Assembly (NCBI GenBank): GCA_040005555.1
Contig: JBDTYT010000001.1
Location: 148-64,147, forward strand
Direction of reading: 5' to 3'
DNA: 64,000 nucleotides
Source: Actinomycetota bacterium
GTDB taxonomy: Bacteria; Actinomycetota; UBA4738; HRBIN12
Shown one piece after another: positions 19,967-29,464 of the stretch (position 1 is its first letter; each line of letters starts with the position of its first letter). A program made the translations under genes and the position numbers. The notes under the pieces were generated by a model. That model had not been told where the DNA came from and searched no databases. It saw only the letters and a list, made by a program, of their open reading frames with translations.

Positions 19967-20276
19967 CTAGGCTCGAGCGGGGAGGACGTTCCTGGAGAGC
20001 TCCGCGGGGGCCGGGGTCATCGTGCCGGGCGAGACCCTTGTCGTCATCTGGCGGATTCTACGCACGCACCCCGAAACTCTGACGCCATCTGCGGGCGGAC
20101 ATTCCGTGCTCGGCCAGGCCCTCGGGGCCCTGAACCAGCCACTGGGAGAAGGCGAGTCTGGGCATCTCGGTGCTCCCCTTTTCTTCTCATGGAGGGCTCA
20201 AAGTTGCTCTGAGCGCGCCGAAGAGTAGAGGAGGACATCATCGACCTGAATCGGAGCGGAACGAGGACCCCTGATC
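19967..20276 (+). other. 310-nt relatively low-GC intergenic leader upstream of pilT (possible promoter/5'UTR)
   Basis: No convincing ORF in the span. Composition falls versus the flanks (ccttttcttctcatggagggctcaaagttgctctgag). RBS-like gaggac lies 8 nt before the pilT ATG. Confidence 0.3.
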
Positions 20277-21374
20277 ATGGACGTCACCGATCTGCTGCGT
20301 TACACCGTCGAGATGGGGGCGAGCGACCTCCACCTCAAGGCCGGCAACGTCCCCTTCATCCGGGTTGACGGCGAGCTCACCCCCACGCCCCACCCGGCGA
20401 TGTCGCCGACCGATTCGGCAGGCTACGCGATCTCGCTCATGCCGCAGCACAAGCGGCAGGAGTTCGAGACCACGAACGAAGCGGACTTCGGCTACACGCT
20501 CTCGGGCGTCGGCCGGTTCCGTGTCAACGTGTTCCGTCAGCGCGGCATGGTGGGTCTCGCCATCCGCCGGGTGCGCTCGGAGATCCCGACGATCGAGGAG
20601 CTGATGCTCCCGAGCGTCGTGGCCGAGCTCGCGAGCGCGCCCCGAGGACTCGTGCTCGTCACCGGCCCCACGGGCTCGGGCAAGACCACGACCATCGCGT
20701 CGATGATCGGGCACATCAACCGCACCCGGCGAGCGCACATCATCACGATCGAGGACCCGATCGAGGTCGTGCACGACGACGACCGTTCGATCATCCAGCA
20801 GCGCGAGATCGGCCTCGACACCGACACGTACGCCTCGGCGCTCAAGCACGTCATCCGGCAGGATCCCGACGTCATCTTCGTCGGTGAGATCCGCGACGCC
20901 GATTCCGCCCTCTCGGCGATCCAGGCGGCCGAGACCGGGCACCTTGTCATCTCGACGTTGCACACGATCGACTGCACCGAGACCATCAACCGCATCCTGG
21001 ATCTGTTCCCGCCGCTCCAGCAGCGCGAGATCCGTACGTCACTTGCCGGCGCGTTGCGTGGCATCGTGTCTCAGCGTCTCGCAACGCGGGCCGACGGCAT
21101 GGGCCGCGTCCCGGCGATCGAAGTGCTCGTCGCCACCGGACGCGTCTACGACCGGATCGTGGACCCGGACGCTACCATCCAGATCACCGACGTGATCGCC
21201 GACGGCGCTTTCTATGGCATGCAGACCTTCGATCAATGCCTGGTGAGGCTCGTGCACGACGGGATGGTGTCGGAGGAGGATGCCCGGCGCGCCTCGACGA
21301 ACCCCCACGACTTCAACCTCGCGCTCCACGGCGTGCTCACTCGCGGTGGGGTACCGGCTGTGCAGGCTCGCTAG
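20277..21374 (+). CDS. pilT: type IV pilus retraction ATPase PilT (twitching motility)
   Basis: Walker A GPTGSGKTT, Asp box, Walker B DPDVIFVGEIRD, His box GHLVISTLHT, and N-terminal MDVTDLL...GASDLHL typical of PilT/PilU. Confidence 0.85.
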   Translation: MDVTDLLRYTVEMGASDLHLKAGNVPFIRVDGELTPTPHPAMSPTDSAGYAISLMPQHKRQEFETTNEADFGYTLSGVGRFRVNVFRQRGMVGLAIRRVRSEIPTIEELMLPSVVAELASAPRGLVLVTGPTGSGKTTTIASMIGHINRTRRAHIITIEDPIEVVHDDDRSIIQQREIGLDTDTYASALKHVIRQDPDVIFVGEIRDADSALSAIQAAETGHLVISTLHTIDCTETINRILDLFPPLQQREIRTSLAGALRGIVSQRLATRADGMGRVPAIEVLVATGRVYDRIVDPDATIQITDVIADGAFYGMQTFDQCLVRLVHDGMVSEEDARRASTNPHDFNLALHGVLTRGGVPAVQAR

Positions 21375-21386
21375 ACCGCCGCGTCC

Positions 21387-21803
21387 TCAGTCGGGTTCAC
21401 CGGCAGCGCGCCTCGCGGCGCGTTCCATGGGGTGCCGCCGGTAGCCGAAGGGGATCGCCAGCATGGCGTACACCGGGATGAAGAACGGCCCCCAGGCCAT
21501 GTACTGCCGCATGTGATGGCGCTCGTGCGCGAGGAGGGATCCCTCGACCGGCACCGCGGACACGATCACGAACCCCACGGTCATCGCGACCCGGTCCATC
21601 CGTTGCAGTACCCATGTCACCCCGCGCGGACCGCGATCGAACACCATCGCTCCGCCGTGCAAGCGTGGCGACTGGAACGTGAGTGCTCCGAGCACGAGAC
21701 CGAGGAGCGTATTGGGGAGGGTCCACAGGAATCCGAGCGCGGTGACCACGCGGCGACCGTATCGCAGGCGTCCGCGAGAGCGGGGGTATCCTGCAAGCGT
21801 CAT
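21387..21803 (-). CDS. hypothetical membrane protein with HExxH motif (putative small metallopeptidase-like)
   Basis: TM segments plus HERHH (fits HExxH). ATG at 21803 overlaps by 2 nt the divergent ATG of the cca gene (CATG core). Confidence 0.45.
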   Translation of the reverse strand: MTLAGYPRSRGRLRYGRRVVTALGFLWTLPNTLLGLVLGALTFQSPRLHGGAMVFDRGPRGVTWVLQRMDRVAMTVGFVIVSAVPVEGSLLAHERHHMRQYMAWGPFFIPVYAMLAIPFGYRRHPMERAARRAAGEPD

Positions 21804-23211
21804 GGCCGGTCCTTCGCGTCCGGACGCCGGCGCGCTCCTCGAGGTTCCTCCCATCGCCACCGAGCTGGGCGAACGCTTCCGCCTGGCCGGCCGCGAGCTC
21901 TATCTGGTCGGGGGCGTCGTGCGCGACCTGCTGCTCGGACGCGAGCGGCCCGACGTCGAATGGGACCTCGACTTCGCGACCGACGCATTGCCGCGCGAGA
22001 CCACGAAGATCCTGCGAGGGTGGGCGGACCAGCAGTACCTGGTCGGCGTGCGATACGGCACGGTCGGGGCCCGTAAAGGCGATCGCGTCCTGGAGATCAC
22101 GACCTTCCGTGAGGAGGTGTACGCCGAGGAGCACCGCAAACCCTCCGTGACCTTCGGCAAGGACGTCCGTATCGACCTGTCCCGTCGCGATTTCACGATG
22201 AACGCGATGGCGGTGCGCATGCCCGAGGGCGAGTTCGTCGATCCGTTCGGCGGCGTGAAGGATCTCGCGGCGCGCCGGCTCGACACGCCGCTCGATCCGG
22301 AGGTGTCGTTCTCGGATGACCCGCTGCGGATGGTGCGCGCCGCCCGGTTCGCGTCGCAGCTGGACGTGACGCCGTCGACGCGCGTCGTCGAGGCGATCGG
22401 CCGCATGCACGCGCGACTGTCCATCGTCTCGGCGGAGCGGATCGCAGACGAGCTGTCCAAGCTTCTGCTCGGCGGCGCACCCTCGAAGGGACTGCAGCTC
22501 GTCGTCGACACCGGCCTCGCCGAGGAGTTCCTGCCCGAGCTCCCCAGCCTCCAGCTCGAGCAAGATCCCGTCCACCGCCACAAGGACGTCCTGCATCACA
22601 CCTTCGCGGTCGTCGAGACGTGTGACGAGCGGGACCTCACGCTGCGCCTCGCCGCCTTGCTGCACGACATCGGGAAGCCGCGGACCCGCGAGATCACGCC
22701 GGAGGGTGTGCAGTTCCACCACCACGAGGTGGTCGGCGCTCGGATGGCCAAGGAGCGCCTCCAGGCGCTCCGGTACCCATCGTCGGTGATCGATGAGGTT
22801 GTGAAGCTCGTCGAGATGCACCTGCGGTTCCACGGCTACTCCGAGTGGTCCGACAGCGCGGTGCGACGGTACGTGCGCGATGCCGGTCCGCTGCTCGACC
22901 GGTTGAACCAGCTCACCCGCGCCGACTGCACGACGCAGAACCCGTTCAAGGCCAAACAGCTCGCGGCGTTGCAGGACGACCTGGAGGAGCGCATCGCTCG
23001 GCTGGCCGAGGAGGAGAACCTCGAGGCGATGCGTCCGCCGCTCGACGGCGAAGAGGTCATGGAACACCTCGGCATCCCGCCCGGTCCACTCGTCGGGCGG
23101 GCGCTCGAACACCTCATGCAGCTTCGTTTGGACCGAGGCCCGATCGAGCGCGACGAGGCCCTCGTCCTGCTCGACGAGTGGGCGAAGGAGCAGGATCTTC
23201 CCCGCGGATAG
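21802..23211 (+). CDS. cca: CCA tRNA nucleotidyltransferase / poly(A) polymerase family with HD domain
   Basis: PolA head domain (LYLVGGVVRDLLLGRERPDVEWDLDFATD) and HD domain (HRHKDVLHHTFAVVE...LHDIGKP). The ORF-track 5' extension is rejected. Confidence 0.85.
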   Translation: MAGPSRPDAGALLEVPPIATELGERFRLAGRELYLVGGVVRDLLLGRERPDVEWDLDFATDALPRETTKILRGWADQQYLVGVRYGTVGARKGDRVLEITTFREEVYAEEHRKPSVTFGKDVRIDLSRRDFTMNAMAVRMPEGEFVDPFGGVKDLAARRLDTPLDPEVSFSDDPLRMVRAARFASQLDVTPSTRVVEAIGRMHARLSIVSAERIADELSKLLLGGAPSKGLQLVVDTGLAEEFLPELPSLQLEQDPVHRHKDVLHHTFAVVETCDERDLTLRLAALLHDIGKPRTREITPEGVQFHHHEVVGARMAKERLQALRYPSSVIDEVVKLVEMHLRFHGYSEWSDSAVRRYVRDAGPLLDRLNQLTRADCTTQNPFKAKQLAALQDDLEERIARLAEEENLEAMRPPLDGEEVMEHLGIPPGPLVGRALEHLMQLRLDRGPIERDEALVLLDEWAKEQDLPRG

Positions 23212-23223
23212 TCTGAGCCGCCG

Positions 23224-25596
23224 ATGACGGCCGTCCTGGAAGGGCTCGCGGAATCTGAGGTCGCGGAGCGCATCGCGCTCGGGCAGGTGAACGACGTCCC
23301 GGCAACACCGTCGCGCACCGTTCGCGAGATCGTTCGCTCAAACGTGCTCACGAGGTTCAACGCGCTGCTCGGCGCACTGTTGGTGGTGATCCTCGTCGTC
23401 GGTCCCATCCAAGATGCGCTGTTCGGCGGCGTCCTGATCGCGAACACCTTGGTGGGCATCGTGCAGGAGCTGCGAGCCAAGCGGAAGCTCGACAAGCTCG
23501 AGGTGCTGACCGCGCCGAAGGCACGTGTGCTTCGCGGCGGCTCCGTGCGTGAGCTCTCGGTCCCCTCGGTGGTCCTCGATGACGTGCTCGAGCTCCAACC
23601 CGGGGACCAGGTCGTCGTCGACGGGGAGGTGCTCGATGTCGGCGGCCTCGAGATCGACGAGTCGCTCCTCACCGGCGAAGCCGAGCCCGTCGAGAAGCAC
23701 CTCGGTGACGAGGTGCTCTCGGGTAGCTTCGTTTCGGCGGGCAGCGGCAGGTACCGGGCGACGCGGGTCGGCCACGAAGCGTACGCGGCGAGACTCGCCG
23801 AGGATGCGCGCCGGTTCACGCTGACGCGCTCGGAGCTGCGCTCCGGCATCGACACGATCTTGCGGCTCGTCACGTGGGCGATCGTGCCGACCGCGATCTT
23901 GTTGGTGATCAGCCAACTGCGGGCGAGCGGGACCGTGCGCGACGCATTGCGAGGTGCGGTGGCTGGCACCGTCGCGATGGTCCCGGAGGGCCTCGTCCTG
24001 CTCACGAGCGTCGCGTTCGCCGTCGGGGTGGTACGGCTCGCGCGGCGCAAGGTGCTCGTGCAGGAACTGCCGGCCGTCGAGGTCCTCGCGCGTGTCGATG
24101 TGCTGTGCATCGACAAGACCGGCACGCTCACGGAGGGGCGGCTGGCGATCGAACAGGTCGAGGTCCTCGCGGGAGGTGAGGAGCACGACGCGGCCCTCGC
24201 CGCGCTCGCTGCCTCGGAGCCGCACCCGAACGCCACGCTCCGAGCGATCGGCGAGGAGTTCCCTCGCACCCCCGAAGGGTGGGAGGAGGCGACGGCGACC
24301 GTGCCGTTCTCCTCAGCGCGCAAGTGGAGCGCGGCGTCCTTCGGCTCGAGGGGCTCCTGGGTCTTGGGCGCACCCGACGTGCTCTTGCGCTCGGGGATCG
24401 CCGGAGCCGACGGGATCGCGCGCAGCGCCGAGCAACACGCGGAGGCCGGATGCCGAGTGGTGCTGCTCGCGCGAGCCGAAGGCTCGCTCGACGGTGAGGA
24501 ACTGCCGGCCGACATGACGCCGGTCGCGCTCGTCGTGCTCGGCGACCGGGTGCGTGAGGACGCGGCGAAAACGCTCGCGTATTTCGCGAAGCAGGGCGTT
24601 GCGGTGAAGGTGATCTCGGGCGACCATCCGCAGACGGTGGCCGCGATCGCCGGCCGCCTGGGCGCGCAGGGAGCCGACCGAGCCGTCGACGCGCGGGATC
24701 TGCCCGAGGACCAAGCGAAGCTCGCCGCCGAGCTCGATGACCACTCGATCTTCGGTCGGGTGACGCCCCAGCAGAAGCGCGCGATGGTGAACGCGCTCCG
24801 GTCTCGCGGTCACGTCGTGGCGATGACCGGCGACGGCGTGAACGACGTGCTGGCGCTCAAGGACGCCGACATCGGGATCGCGATGGGCTCGGGTGCTTCG
24901 GCCACGCGCGCGGTCGCACAGCTCGTGCTCCTCGATTCCACGTTCGACCCGTTGCCCGCGGTCGTCGCCGAGGGTCGCCGGGTGCTCGGCAACATCGAGC
25001 GCACGTCGAACCTGTATGTAACGAAAACGGTCTACGCGATGCTCATCGCGCTCGGTGTTGGGGTCCTGGGATTGCCGTTCCCGTTCCTGCCGAGGCACCT
25101 GTCCCTCATCGGCGGGCTCACGATCGGGATCCCGTCGTTCTTCCTGGCACTCGCCCCCAACGCCGAGCGCGCCCGGCCGGGGTTCCTGAGGCGCGTCCTG
25201 CGATTCACCGTTCCCGCCGGAACGTTGGCGGCGGTTGCCACGTTCCTCGGCTACGTCCTCGTGCGCGATGAGGCGGGGGTCAGCCTCGCCCAGGCCCGGA
25301 CCGCGGCGACGATGGTGCTGTGCTGGATCGGGTTCCTCGTGCTCTCGATCATCGCGGCCCCGCTCACGAGACCTCGGATGGTGCTGGTGTGGTCCATGGC
25401 GGGCGCGTTCATCGTCGCTATGGTCGTGCCGGGCTCGAGGACGTTCTTCGCGCTCACGCCGCCGCCGCTGCTCGTGTGGCTCGCGGCGTTCGGGATCGCG
25501 GCGCTCGTCTGGTCGTTCGCGAGGCTCTTCCTGCCGCCGGACCGGCCCGTAGGACCGGGAGTCCCGGCCTCAGTTCCTGAGCCCCCCGACGTCTGA
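23224..25596 (+). CDS. cation-transporting P-type ATPase (P2-type, Ca2+/Mg2+-like)
   Basis: DKTGTLT phosphorylation motif, TGES actuator motif (LTGEAEP), MTGDGVNDVLALKDADIGIAMG hinge, ~10 TM. Confidence 0.85.
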   Translation: MTAVLEGLAESEVAERIALGQVNDVPATPSRTVREIVRSNVLTRFNALLGALLVVILVVGPIQDALFGGVLIANTLVGIVQELRAKRKLDKLEVLTAPKARVLRGGSVRELSVPSVVLDDVLELQPGDQVVVDGEVLDVGGLEIDESLLTGEAEPVEKHLGDEVLSGSFVSAGSGRYRATRVGHEAYAARLAEDARRFTLTRSELRSGIDTILRLVTWAIVPTAILLVISQLRASGTVRDALRGAVAGTVAMVPEGLVLLTSVAFAVGVVRLARRKVLVQELPAVEVLARVDVLCIDKTGTLTEGRLAIEQVEVLAGGEEHDAALAALAASEPHPNATLRAIGEEFPRTPEGWEEATATVPFSSARKWSAASFGSRGSWVLGAPDVLLRSGIAGADGIARSAEQHAEAGCRVVLLARAEGSLDGEELPADMTPVALVVLGDRVREDAAKTLAYFAKQGVAVKVISGDHPQTVAAIAGRLGAQGADRAVDARDLPEDQAKLAAELDDHSIFGRVTPQQKRAMVNALRSRGHVVAMTGDGVNDVLALKDADIGIAMGSGASATRAVAQLVLLDSTFDPLPAVVAEGRRVLGNIERTSNLYVTKTVYAMLIALGVGVLGLPFPFLPRHLSLIGGLTIGIPSFFLALAPNAERARPGFLRRVLRFTVPAGTLAAVATFLGYVLVRDEAGVSLAQARTAATMVLCWIGFLVLSIIAAPLTRPRMVLVWSMAGAFIVAMVVPGSRTFFALTPPPLLVWLAAFGIAALVWSFARLFLPPDRPVGPGVPASVPEPPDV

Positions 25597-26250
25597 TGGG
25601 GGCCAGATGATGACGAACGCACGCCCAACGACCTTGTCGATCGGCACGAACCCCAAACCGAACCGGGAGTCGAGCGAGTTCCCTCGGTTGTCGCCCATGA
25701 CGAACAGCTTGCCCGCCGGCACCTGGATCGGGCCGAAATCGCCGTTGGCCTGGCGGGCCGCGTCGGTCAGGTAGGGCTCGGCGAGGGGCCTGCCATCGAT
25801 GTACACCGTCTGGTCGTGGATCTCGAGGGTCTCGCCCGGCAGGCCGATCACGCGTTTGATGAAATCCTCGTTCTCGGGCTGCGCCACGCCGATGCCCTCG
25901 CCGAGCCAGTGAACGAAACCGCCGACGACCCCGCGTTCGGTGGTCGAGCCGTCGGGATCGGAGAACACGATGACGTCACCGCGGTGCACGTCGCCGAGGT
26001 CATAGACGAACTTGTTCACGAACACCCGGTCGCCTTTCACGAGCGTCGGCTCCATCGACGGCGAGGGGATGTAGAACGCTTGGATCAGGAACGACTTCAC
26101 GAGCACGGCGATCACGAGCGCCAGCAGGATGAGCACGGGCAGCGAGCCGAGGAATGCGAATCGCGACCGCTTCTTTGTCTCGCGGTCGGTCGGACCTCCC
26201 GGGCCCTCGTCGCCGCGCTCTTGGACGGTCGGATCCGCGGTCGTGGACAT
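25570..26250 (-). CDS. lepB: signal peptidase I
   Basis: S26 motifs SPSMEPTL (catalytic Ser), GDVIVF, GDNRGNSLDSR. Its 3' end overlaps the convergent ATPase gene by 27 nt. Confidence 0.85.
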   Translation of the reverse strand: MSTTADPTVQERGDEGPGGPTDRETKKRSRFAFLGSLPVLILLALVIAVLVKSFLIQAFYIPSPSMEPTLVKGDRVFVNKFVYDLGDVHRGDVIVFSDPDGSTTERGVVGGFVHWLGEGIGVAQPENEDFIKRVIGLPGETLEIHDQTVYIDGRPLAEPYLTDAARQANGDFGPIQVPAGKLFVMGDNRGNSLDSRFGLGFVPIDKVVGRAFVIIWPPSDVGGLRN

Positions 26251-26276
26251 CGCATCAGCTTACCGGGTGCCCTCGA

Positions 26277-27356
26277 CTACGGAGGCAGGAGGGTGACCTC
26301 CACCGCCTTGAAGGACGCCCAGACGTCTGTTCCCTCGACCAAGCCGAGGCGCGAGATCGATCCGAGGGTGACCTCGGCGACGAGCAGTGGCGACGAGTCC
26401 ACCTGCACGCGGGCGCGATCGCCCGCGATCTCGATCCCCACGACCCGCCCTCGGAACACGTTGCGCGCCGATCCCTCGGGCGGCTGCAGATGCAGCGAGA
26501 TGTCTATCGGGCGAAGCACACCGATGGCGTCCTCGGACCGTTCCGGCAGGTCCGACGGCCACGCGACGACGATCTCGCCGGCTGACGTGACGAGCCGCCC
26601 GGTCCCCTCGTCCGCGCGCTCGAGGCGACCGGCGAAGAAGTTCACGCCCACCAGGTCGGCGGCGAACGATGTCCGAGGAGCACGCCGGATCTCATCGGGT
26701 GTGCCCGTCTGGGTGACGCGACCTTCCTCGAGCAGCACGAGCCGATCCGAGAGCACCGCGGCCTCCATGGGATCGTGCGTGACCAGCAGGCGGACGCCGG
26801 GGAACGTCCGCAACGTCTCGAGCACGAGCGATCTGATCCTTCCCCGGGCCTGCACGTCGAGCGCGGACAGCGGCTCGTCGAGCAGCAACAGCCGCGGCTC
26901 AGCCACGAGCGCCCGGGCGAGCGCCACCCGCTGGGCCTCCCCACCAGACAGCTCCGCGGGCCGGGCGTTCGCCCGCTCTCCGACCCCGAGGCGCCCGAGG
27001 AGCATGCGCGCGCGATCGGTCGCGTCACGCGCGGGCACGCCGCGAGCGCGCAGTGGGAAGGCGACGTTGTCCTCCGCGGTGAGATGCGGGAACAGCAGGA
27101 GATCTTGGAACACGATCCCGACCGAGCGCTCCTCCGGGTTCATATGAACGTGCCCGGCTCGGTCGTCCAGCACCGAGCCGTCGAGCTCGACCCGGCCTTC
27201 CGCGGGCTCCGTGAGTCCGGCGAGGACCGACACCAGGGTGGATTTGCCGGCCCCGTTCGGGCCGAGCAACCCGACCGTTTCGCCGGGCTCGGCGACGAAC
27301 TCGGCTTCCAACCGGAAGTGGTCGACCGCGACCTCGACGTCGACGTGGAGGCTCAT
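26277..27356 (-). CDS. modC: molybdate ABC transporter ATP-binding protein with C-terminal TOBE domain
   Basis: Walker A GPNGAGKST, signature LSGGEAQRVALARAL, Walker B LLLLDEP, C-terminal TOBE-like segment. ATG overlaps the modB stop. Confidence 0.85.
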   Translation of the reverse strand: MSLHVDVEVAVDHFRLEAEFVAEPGETVGLLGPNGAGKSTLVSVLAGLTEPAEGRVELDGSVLDDRAGHVHMNPEERSVGIVFQDLLLFPHLTAEDNVAFPLRARGVPARDATDRARMLLGRLGVGERANARPAELSGGEAQRVALARALVAEPRLLLLDEPLSALDVQARGRIRSLVLETLRTFPGVRLLVTHDPMEAAVLSDRLVLLEEGRVTQTGTPDEIRRAPRTSFAADLVGVNFFAGRLERADEGTGRLVTSAGEIVVAWPSDLPERSEDAIGVLRPIDISLHLQPPEGSARNVFRGRVVGIEIAGDRARVQVDSSPLLVAEVTLGSISRLGLVEGTDVWASFKAVEVTLLPP

Positions 27357-28141
27357 CGGGTCTGGAGGAACCGTCCGCGGAGCGTGACGATTACGACGAA
27401 GGACACCGTAACGAGCAGGAGTGAGAGCGCGATGGCCCCGCCCGGGTCGGTCTGCAGCTGCTCGAAGACAGCGAGCGGCAGCGTCTGCGTCCTCCCCGGC
27501 AGGTTGCCCGCGAACGTGATCGTGGCTCCGAACTCGCCGAGCGCCCTCGCCCACGCGAGCACGAGCCCTGCCGCGATCTGCGGCGCGAGCAGCGGCAGCG
27601 TGACCCGTCGCAGGACGTACCAGCGCGGTGCGCCCATCGTCGATGCCGCGTCCTCGAGCCGCACATCGAGCGACCGCAGGCCGACCTCAAGTGCGAGGAC
27701 GAGCAGAGGGAACGACACGAACGTAGAGGCGAGCACCGCGGCCCACACCGTGAACGTGATCTGCAGGCCGAAGACGTCGTAGAGCGGACCGCCAACGAGA
27801 CCCCTGCGACCGAAGGCCGACAGGAGCGCGACGCCACCGACCACGGGTGGCATGACGAGCGGAAGCACCACGAGCGCCCGCACGAGCGCCTTACCCCGGA
27901 ACTGCGAGCGCGCGAGCGCCCAGGCGAGCGGGAACCCCACCAACAGTCCGACCAGCGCCGAGGTCGTCGCCACGATCAGCGAGAGTCGGAGGGCCGTCCG
28001 GGCTGATCCCGACCCGAGGATGTCGCCCGCCCGGCTCCACGGGGTCCGGATGATCAGGCCGATGAGGGGAAGCGCGACGAGCGCGACGCCGAGCCCGGCG
28101 ATCAGCGCGAGCGCTGCTGGCATCGATCGCCGGCGTGTCAT
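27353..28141 (-). CDS. modB: molybdate ABC transporter permease
   Basis: ABC permease with EAA-like loop (ARALGEFGATITFAGN), 5-6 TM. Confidence 0.85.
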   Translation of the reverse strand: MTRRRSMPAALALIAGLGVALVALPLIGLIIRTPWSRAGDILGSGSARTALRLSLIVATTSALVGLLVGFPLAWALARSQFRGKALVRALVVLPLVMPPVVGGVALLSAFGRRGLVGGPLYDVFGLQITFTVWAAVLASTFVSFPLLVLALEVGLRSLDVRLEDAASTMGAPRWYVLRRVTLPLLAPQIAAGLVLAWARALGEFGATITFAGNLPGRTQTLPLAVFEQLQTDPGGAIALSLLLVTVSFVVIVTLRGRFLQTR

Positions 28142-28142
28142 C

Positions 28143-28931
28143 TCAGGTTGGGAGCAAGAACCCGAACGCTCGGAGCGTGGCCTGTCCGTCCGGTCCCGAC
28201 ACGTACCGGACGAACGCGCGTGCGAGATCCGTGCTCTTCGAACCATCGACCACGGCGATCGGGTACGTCGCGATGACGTTCACGTCGCTGGGGATCTCGA
28301 TCGCGTGAACGGTCGGTGCGACGGTCTCGGTCACGTCCGAGGCGTAGACGATCCCAGCGTCGGCTTCGCCGGACGCGATCTTGGCGACGACGCTCGCGTC
28401 GTCCTGTTCATTCGAGACCACGTTGCCGGCCGCCGCCTTCGCGATGCCGACGTTCCGCAGTACCTGGCGCGCATAGTCGCCAACCGGCACCCCGACCGCC
28501 GCGAGGACGAGCTGCACGCTCGGACCGGCGAGGTCTTGGATCGAGCCGATGCCGGCCGGGTCGTCGGGGGGCGTGATGATGACGAGCTTGTTCTGCGCGA
28601 AGTCCGTGCGCTGGGTCACACCGGTGGCGCTCGCGAGGTCGTCCATCCAGGTCGGGCTCGCGGAGGCGAACACGTCGGCCACGCCCTCAGACTCGATCTG
28701 TCCGGCGAGGCCGTCGGAGGGCCCGAAGTTGAAGGTCACCGTGAGGCCGGGGTTCGTCGCCTCGAAGTCCTTCCCGATCTGGGTGAACGCAGCCGTGAGC
28801 GAGGATGCTGCGAAGACGGTGATCTCGCGCTCCTGGTTCCCACCGGCGGCGATCGTCGGCTCGCCCGAGCTCCCGCACCCCACAGCCATGAGTGTGAGTG
28901 CGGCGACCCCGAGGGCAACGAGACGTCTCAT
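28143..28931 (-). CDS. modA: molybdate-binding periplasmic lipoprotein
   Basis: Lipobox LMAVGCGSS, then ModA-like fold (TVFAASSLTAAF...NFGPSDGLAGQI...ADVFASASP). ATG overlaps the stop of the upstream regulator gene. Confidence 0.85.
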   Translation of the reverse strand: MRRLVALGVAALTLMAVGCGSSGEPTIAAGGNQEREITVFAASSLTAAFTQIGKDFEATNPGLTVTFNFGPSDGLAGQIESEGVADVFASASPTWMDDLASATGVTQRTDFAQNKLVIITPPDDPAGIGSIQDLAGPSVQLVLAAVGVPVGDYARQVLRNVGIAKAAAGNVVSNEQDDASVVAKIASGEADAGIVYASDVTETVAPTVHAIEIPSDVNVIATYPIAVVDGSKSTDLARAFVRYVSGPDGQATLRAFGFLLPT

Positions 28932-29317
28932 CCGGACAGCTCGATGGTGACGTTGGTGGCCTTCACGGCAGCCACGGCCTGCATCCCGGGCTTCAGCCGC
29001 ATCTCGTCGGCGGCCTCGCGCGTGATGAACGCGAGGATGCGGTTCGGCCCCGCCTGGATCTCGACCGTCGCGGCGAGCCCGTCCTTCTTCACCTCGGTGA
29101 TGATCCCGGCGAAGCGGTTGCGCTGGCTCGCCGAGGCGATGGGCCGTTGCCCCCGCCGCTCCGCGAGCAGCCGAGCGACTTCCGTGGCCGGGACGAGCCG
29201 CTGACCGCCCGCGGTTCGGCGGACCTTCAGCTTGCCGTCGAGCTCCCACCGCCGGAGGGTCTCCACGCGAACGCCGAGCAGCTCCGCGGCCTCCCCGATC
29301 CGATACGTCTCGGTCAC
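28928..29317 (-). CDS. ModE/MopB-like regulator: excisionase/MerR-type HTH fused to a TOBE (molbindin) domain
   Basis: HTH (YRIGEAAELLGVRVETLRRWELDGKL) and TOBE domain (NRFAGIITEVKKDGLAATVEI...MRLKPGMQAVAAVKATNV). GTG at 29317; an alternative ATG at 29401 would add 28 aa. Confidence 0.65.
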   Translation of the reverse strand: MTETYRIGEAAELLGVRVETLRRWELDGKLKVRRTAGGQRLVPATEVARLLAERRGQRPIASASQRNRFAGIITEVKKDGLAATVEIQAGPNRILAFITREAADEMRLKPGMQAVAAVKATNVTIELSG

Positions 29318-29464
29318 GGTTGCCGAGGATACAGGGTTTGCCCCTGCTACCGCCAGTGAATCCTGGTGAGGGACAGCAGGATCTCTCAAAAGCGACGTCA
29401 TCGGCCGGCATCTGGCACTCTGACGCCTGCCCGGAATTCGTCGACCGGGTGCCGGACGGAGGCA

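Noticed and set aside
19967-20276. Checked the pilT leader and other intergenic gaps for tRNA, riboswitch, CRISPR repeats or IS-element termini
   Set aside because: No cloverleaf-compatible T-loop/acceptor pattern, no direct-repeat array, no terminal inverted repeats or transposase ORF. Only a low-GC leader remains, reported with low confidence.
21397-24515. Long minus-strand ORFs (571 aa and 559 aa) antisense to cca and the P-type ATPase
   Set aside because: Both are Arg/Ser/Ala-rich with no motifs. The sense strands encode proteins with clear catalytic signatures (HD domain, DKTGTLT). These are high-GC shadow ORFs.
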